In this document: positions 59,953 through 64,000 of the stretch, one piece after another
Layout: each line of letters opens with the position of its first letter
Position numbering within the stretch: the stretch's first letter is position 1
Origin: Callorhinchus milii
Taxonomy: Eukaryota
NCBI RefSeq assembly: GCF_018977255.1
Contig: NW_024704742.1
Coordinates: forward strand, 138,944,001 to 139,008,000
Reading direction: 5' to 3'
Length of the DNA stretch: 64,000 nucleotides
Notes under the pieces: generated by a model
Databases searched by the model: none
Told to the model about the DNA's origin: nothing
Seen by the model: the letters and a program-made list of their open reading frames with translations, nothing else
Made by a program: the position numbers and the translations under genes

Positions 59953-62900
59953 ACTGCATCAGTTTTTTTCACAATACATTACTCCATCCTTCACTTACTG
60001 CTGTAAATTATTTGATACACTGGATTAAACTAGTAAAAGCAAAAATGTTCTTGATGATTTTGCAAAACAATACTCTGATACTAAATACAGGATTTTATTA
60101 ATCTGGTTTCAAAAATATTAAATACAATTCTGTTGCTACATCAGTAACACAAGCTAACCATTTTTTAGTGATGTGCCCATAAATGTTAAGTCAAAAACAA
60201 ACCACCTGAGCACTTAAAACGTTTAAAAGAGAGTAGTTTCATCAAGTACCATACTTTTCATTGAACCCAAGACCAATGGACCTACAATGAATACCTCAAT
60301 AGTGTTTAATATTTCAGGGCTCTTTATAAACACATCTAACATTTGTGTTTGAGATTCAAGAACCACCATTGTTTTTAAACCATGATCGGAAATTCCCATA
60401 ATCCCAAGTAGTATACTGACAAGGAGTGAATGGAAAGTGCAGAGATGCCCACCACTCCCCCTCCAAAAATCTTTTGAATATGAATAGCTTTGTTTTCTAC
60501 TTGCAAATAGTATAGAGAGTATAGCAAACAAATTAGTTTTTGATCAGTCATTTTTTTCACAGCCAAGTCCTCAATGGACTAAAGACAATTAGGTATGTCA
60601 TTTGTAGCACCATAACATCCCTTCAAATGTAAGATTTTAAATCTGGACATGCATTTAGATTTTTATAAATTTAACACGCATGAGAGACACCACTGCACCC
60701 TTTCCAAAATGTTCAAAGTTACATCAAAAGACATTTTATTTACCAACACAATTTTGATTGTAAAGTACTATTCAGAAAATGTTGACAGTTCAAAAAATAA
60801 AACTTGACATTAAAATTCAGTGCCATAAGTTCAAGTTTCAGCGCTTGTAAACAAAGATGTTGATCATCTATTTATACTGAGCTGTAAAGTACTGTCAATC
60901 GAGTGACGTGAAGCCATTGTTCCACCCACACAAGTGGAGCAATGACACCAGTGCACAGTCATCAGAGAATTGCCGACAGCCTCACAGACCTAACGTAAAT
61001 AATGGCAAATACTTTCACTGTACAGATTGAAATCTGAAAATTTGTTTACTTGTACATTCATTCCGCATTTTCTGGCTGTTATACCATACACAATTTAAAA
61101 TACCAATATCGGGTAATTTGTGCATTTATAAAGCAACATATTTGATACAATTAAGAGGAAAAGTTCAGCGCACCTGTTGAGAAATATACAAAACCTAGTG
61201 ACATCTATAAAACCCCGCCTATCGATCTATTTTTGGCATTTCAGAATTAAATTGCATTTGTTTAAAAAACACAGCTTGATAATTTAACCCTTACACAATC
61301 ATAATCTTTGATATATCGTCTGTGATATTTCACTCATTGGAAATTACTGCAGAAAACGAAGCCTCTGTGAAGCTTTACCACAACACGTACAGCAGAACTA
61401 AGGTACACCGAACATTTATTACGTTCACTCTGATTAAGGCACATTTCTGATCTGGATTTCTGGCTGACAATGGCTGATAACCACTCCTCAATGGTCAGTG
61501 GTAAACCTGAGATCACATAAAGGAAGTATGCCGCATAAAAAATACTGCCTTTCATTTTAACATTTGCAATAAATGTATCAATATTAAAATCAGGAGCAGC
61601 TTATAGTTCAATGCAAAAATATAATTCTTCTCCGCCTGAACCGTTGCCGGGCTCTCCCGACGGGCTCCAGATCAAACTAGGCCTCACTGAATTACATACT
61701 TTCCACTTCACCCTTTTAAACATTTAGATTCGGTATCATTATTAAAATAACGCGCTAATCAAAACCCTTTCGAAGTACAAACTTTACCTTTACTGATTCA
61801 AACTTTGCACGCATAAGCCTCGCTACAAAGACAGATTTATCTGCATAAACTAAGCCTCAGCAGATTGTAATAGCTTCGTGCTGCACTGCAATATAAGCGA
61901 TTAACCATTTTCTGCTCCATAAGCTGCCCAAAGTTTCCCAAGAATTCGGGTGTTCGCAGGACAATTTGGAGCCGGTGGGATTTGGTGTGTTGGTTGGTAT
62001 TCGGGGTGCGAGTGGCTTTTAAAAGAACACAAAGAGGCCGCGGTGGGAGGGGAACGACTCAGGTCTCAACGGGATCCCCATCCTACAACCACACATCCTA
62101 TTAACATCAGCAGCTCTCGCCCACAGACAGGCTCACTCCTGTCACCAGCTCTGCCAGCAACATTTCAAACCCAACACGCCCATTTCACCTTTACATCCAG
62201 TTCATCTCATCGTCAAACTCCCGGCCACCCTGCTGCCCGATTCTGTCCTGGGACACTGGATGGCATTTCAAGCTCTCTCTCCCTTTAGTTCTCGAATCTA
62301 CCAACAGCAACTCGGCTTCGACTATATCAAATGTCAGCCACTCTCACTCACTGAAAACGGCGTTTGCCGCTGGTGACACACAAGACCCCAATTTCTCACA
62401 CTATTTCACAGCCACAAGATTACAGCTCGTCACTGGGTTTCTGAAACCATTTCTCTTCCCATGTATCGGGTCGGGAGCGGTGACCTGACTTTTATGGGGG
62501 GGAAACCGTTCCCGGTTTTCACAGCAAACTGCTAGTCAGTCGGGCGTCACCCAGTCAGGACCCTGTACTGTACTGTACTGAGCCGCCGCCCGGCCTCGTC
62601 CCTCAAACATCGCCAGTGAACTTTCCTCTCAGGCGCACACCACTAGGCCTCGGCCTTCTCTTAAAAAAAACACCGCCTTTTCTCCGAAACCGTTGCCTTC
62701 AGACAACTGCTGTCCTCAACTTTCTTTTGTTGGCTTGTCCGCGGGCCGGCGTCAGGCGAGGGGCACTTTAGAGTTTAGCTGCCCAGGCCCCGGCCTTTCT
62801 TCCCTTTTTTAACCCCTATTTCACGTCACGGCCTCCAGCTTGTAACTGAAAGTGAAGCCTCGCGACCCGAAAACCTGAGGCCCACCAACTTCTATGTTTG

Positions 62901-63191
62901 GCGAAGAGGAGGGAGGCGAGGACTGCAACACGGACACCACCTCCTGCTCCCGAGCCTTGGGCCGGCTCGCGAAGTCACCCACCCACCCCCTCCAGGGGCC
63001 TCGGCCTCGGCGCCGCCATGATTCTCCCTTTTCCCAGCCGAATCTGAGACGCCAGTCCGGAACAGAGAGTGACGACAAGCCCGGGGAGGGGGAATGAGAG
63101 GGAGGGAGACAGAGTTAGGGCCCAACCAAATCCGCGGCCTCGCCCACTACGTCTACCCGCTCTTCATCAACTACAATACGGTTAGTTTTAC

Positions 63192-63450
63192 CTCAGAAGG
63201 ACGGGGGGGGGAGGGGGGGAGGAAGTCACTCGGAGCTGCCGGAGTCCGACTGCAAAGAGCGACGGCGGCTGGCAGCAGAACACACAGCGGACATGAAGGG
63301 ACTGAATTATCAGGGCGGTCTCCTCTCCGGTTGCTCGCTCGGCCTTTGCTTTCACCGAGGTATTCTGTGTGTGTGTGTGTGTGTGTCGGCCTCTCCCTCT
63401 GACGGCGGCGGCTTCTCGCTCACTCGCACACAAAATGCCGACCGGAAGTG
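63192..63450 (-). other. NIPBL: Putative NIPBL non-coding exon 1 (TSS and donor inferred)
   Basis: CACTTCCGGTCGGCATTTTGT resembles the recalled start of the human NIPBL 5'UTR; candidate donor GAG|gtaaaa at 63192/63191; contains (CA)n. Confidence 0.6.
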
Positions 63451-63862
63451 AACGAAACCAGCTCGAGCCGGAGGGGGGGGGGGGGGGAGCGAGGAGGCAG
63501 AGGCGCCAAACACACACACTTCCGGCTGCAGCGCCCCCGCGCGCCAGCCTCCTCAGCTCCTCAGCTTCCAACTGCCGCCGCGCGACCTCCCGCCCGCCAT
63601 TGCTGCGCGCGCAGCCACCCACAGCGCCAGCTCCGCACACGCGCCACTAACGTGAGGTCGCCGGCCGCCGCCAGCCCAGGCCCTGACGGCGCATGCGCCG
63701 CCCTCGCCGTCCCGCCACTGGTGGCGTCCAAACTGTCGGTGAGAGCGGCTCGTGAGGGCCGTCACCTCGTCCTCATCGTCATCGTCATCAACCGCCACTG
63801 CCATTTACACAGGGAATTTGTTCTTAACTTGACATTGTACAGCGCCCCTCACACAGCGCAGC

Positions 63863-64000
63863 GCCCCGGACCCCCGGACCCCCGGACCCCTGGGCCTCCA
63901 GACCCCCGGGCCCCCAGACCCCCGGGCCCCCAGACCCGCGCAACCCAGACCCCCGGACCCCCAGACCCCTGGGCCCCCAGACCCCTGGGCCCCCAGACCC
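63863..64000 (+). repeat. C-rich tandem repeat (CCCCGGAC, then CCCAGACCCCTGGGCC units), running off the window
   Basis: Directly visible. Confidence 0.92.

Larger units (their letters stand above)
62460..64000. promoter_or_regulatory. NIPBL: CpG island / NIPBL promoter region
   Basis: Sharp rise in GC and CpG density; ETS/GABPA motifs CCGGAAGTG (63442-63450) and CACTTCCGG (63517-63525); NRF1 palindrome GCGCATGCGC (63689-63698). Confidence 0.9.

Noticed and set aside
60223..60566. Short minus-strand ORFs as a possible transposase remnant
   Set aside because: No convincing motif in any frame.
62821..63804. Several ORFs in the CpG island
   Set aside because: Expected in GC-rich, stop-poor DNA; NIPBL translation starts in exon 2.

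Overview
This is vertebrate genomic DNA, most likely from a cartilaginous fish (probably a chimaera/holocephalan, judged from the SINE/CR1/L2/Penelope content; inference). The window holds the 5' end of NIPBL (cohesin loader, Scc2/delangin) on the minus strand. A CpG-island promoter and non-coding exon 1 lie at ~63.2-63.5 kb. Coding exons 2-7 are at 32042-32105, 23439-23604, 14284-14414, 10875-10992, 2213-2367 and 1102-1262; they splice in frame into MNGDMPHVPITTLAGIASLTDLLNQLPLPSPLP...HRLGSE, and the gene continues past position 1. The introns are packed with decayed CR1 and L2 LINEs, tRNA-derived SINEs, Deu-domain SINEs, a Penelope fragment and a 1.6-kb G-rich minisatellite. Almost all ORFs in the supplied track are transposon remnants or repeat artefacts. 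The most notable observation is two TSD-flanked Penelope-type mini-elements in intron 2 carrying minimal hammerhead-ribozyme cores, one of them sense to the NIPBL pre-mRNA. Also notable: a GC-AG intron whose acceptor region was remodelled by a SINE, a CTCF-consensus motif duplicated around an L2 insertion, a chimeric CORE/Deu/L2-tail SINE family, and a polarised G4-forming minisatellite. Repeat boundaries are approximate, and family names come from recalled consensus features, not database searches.
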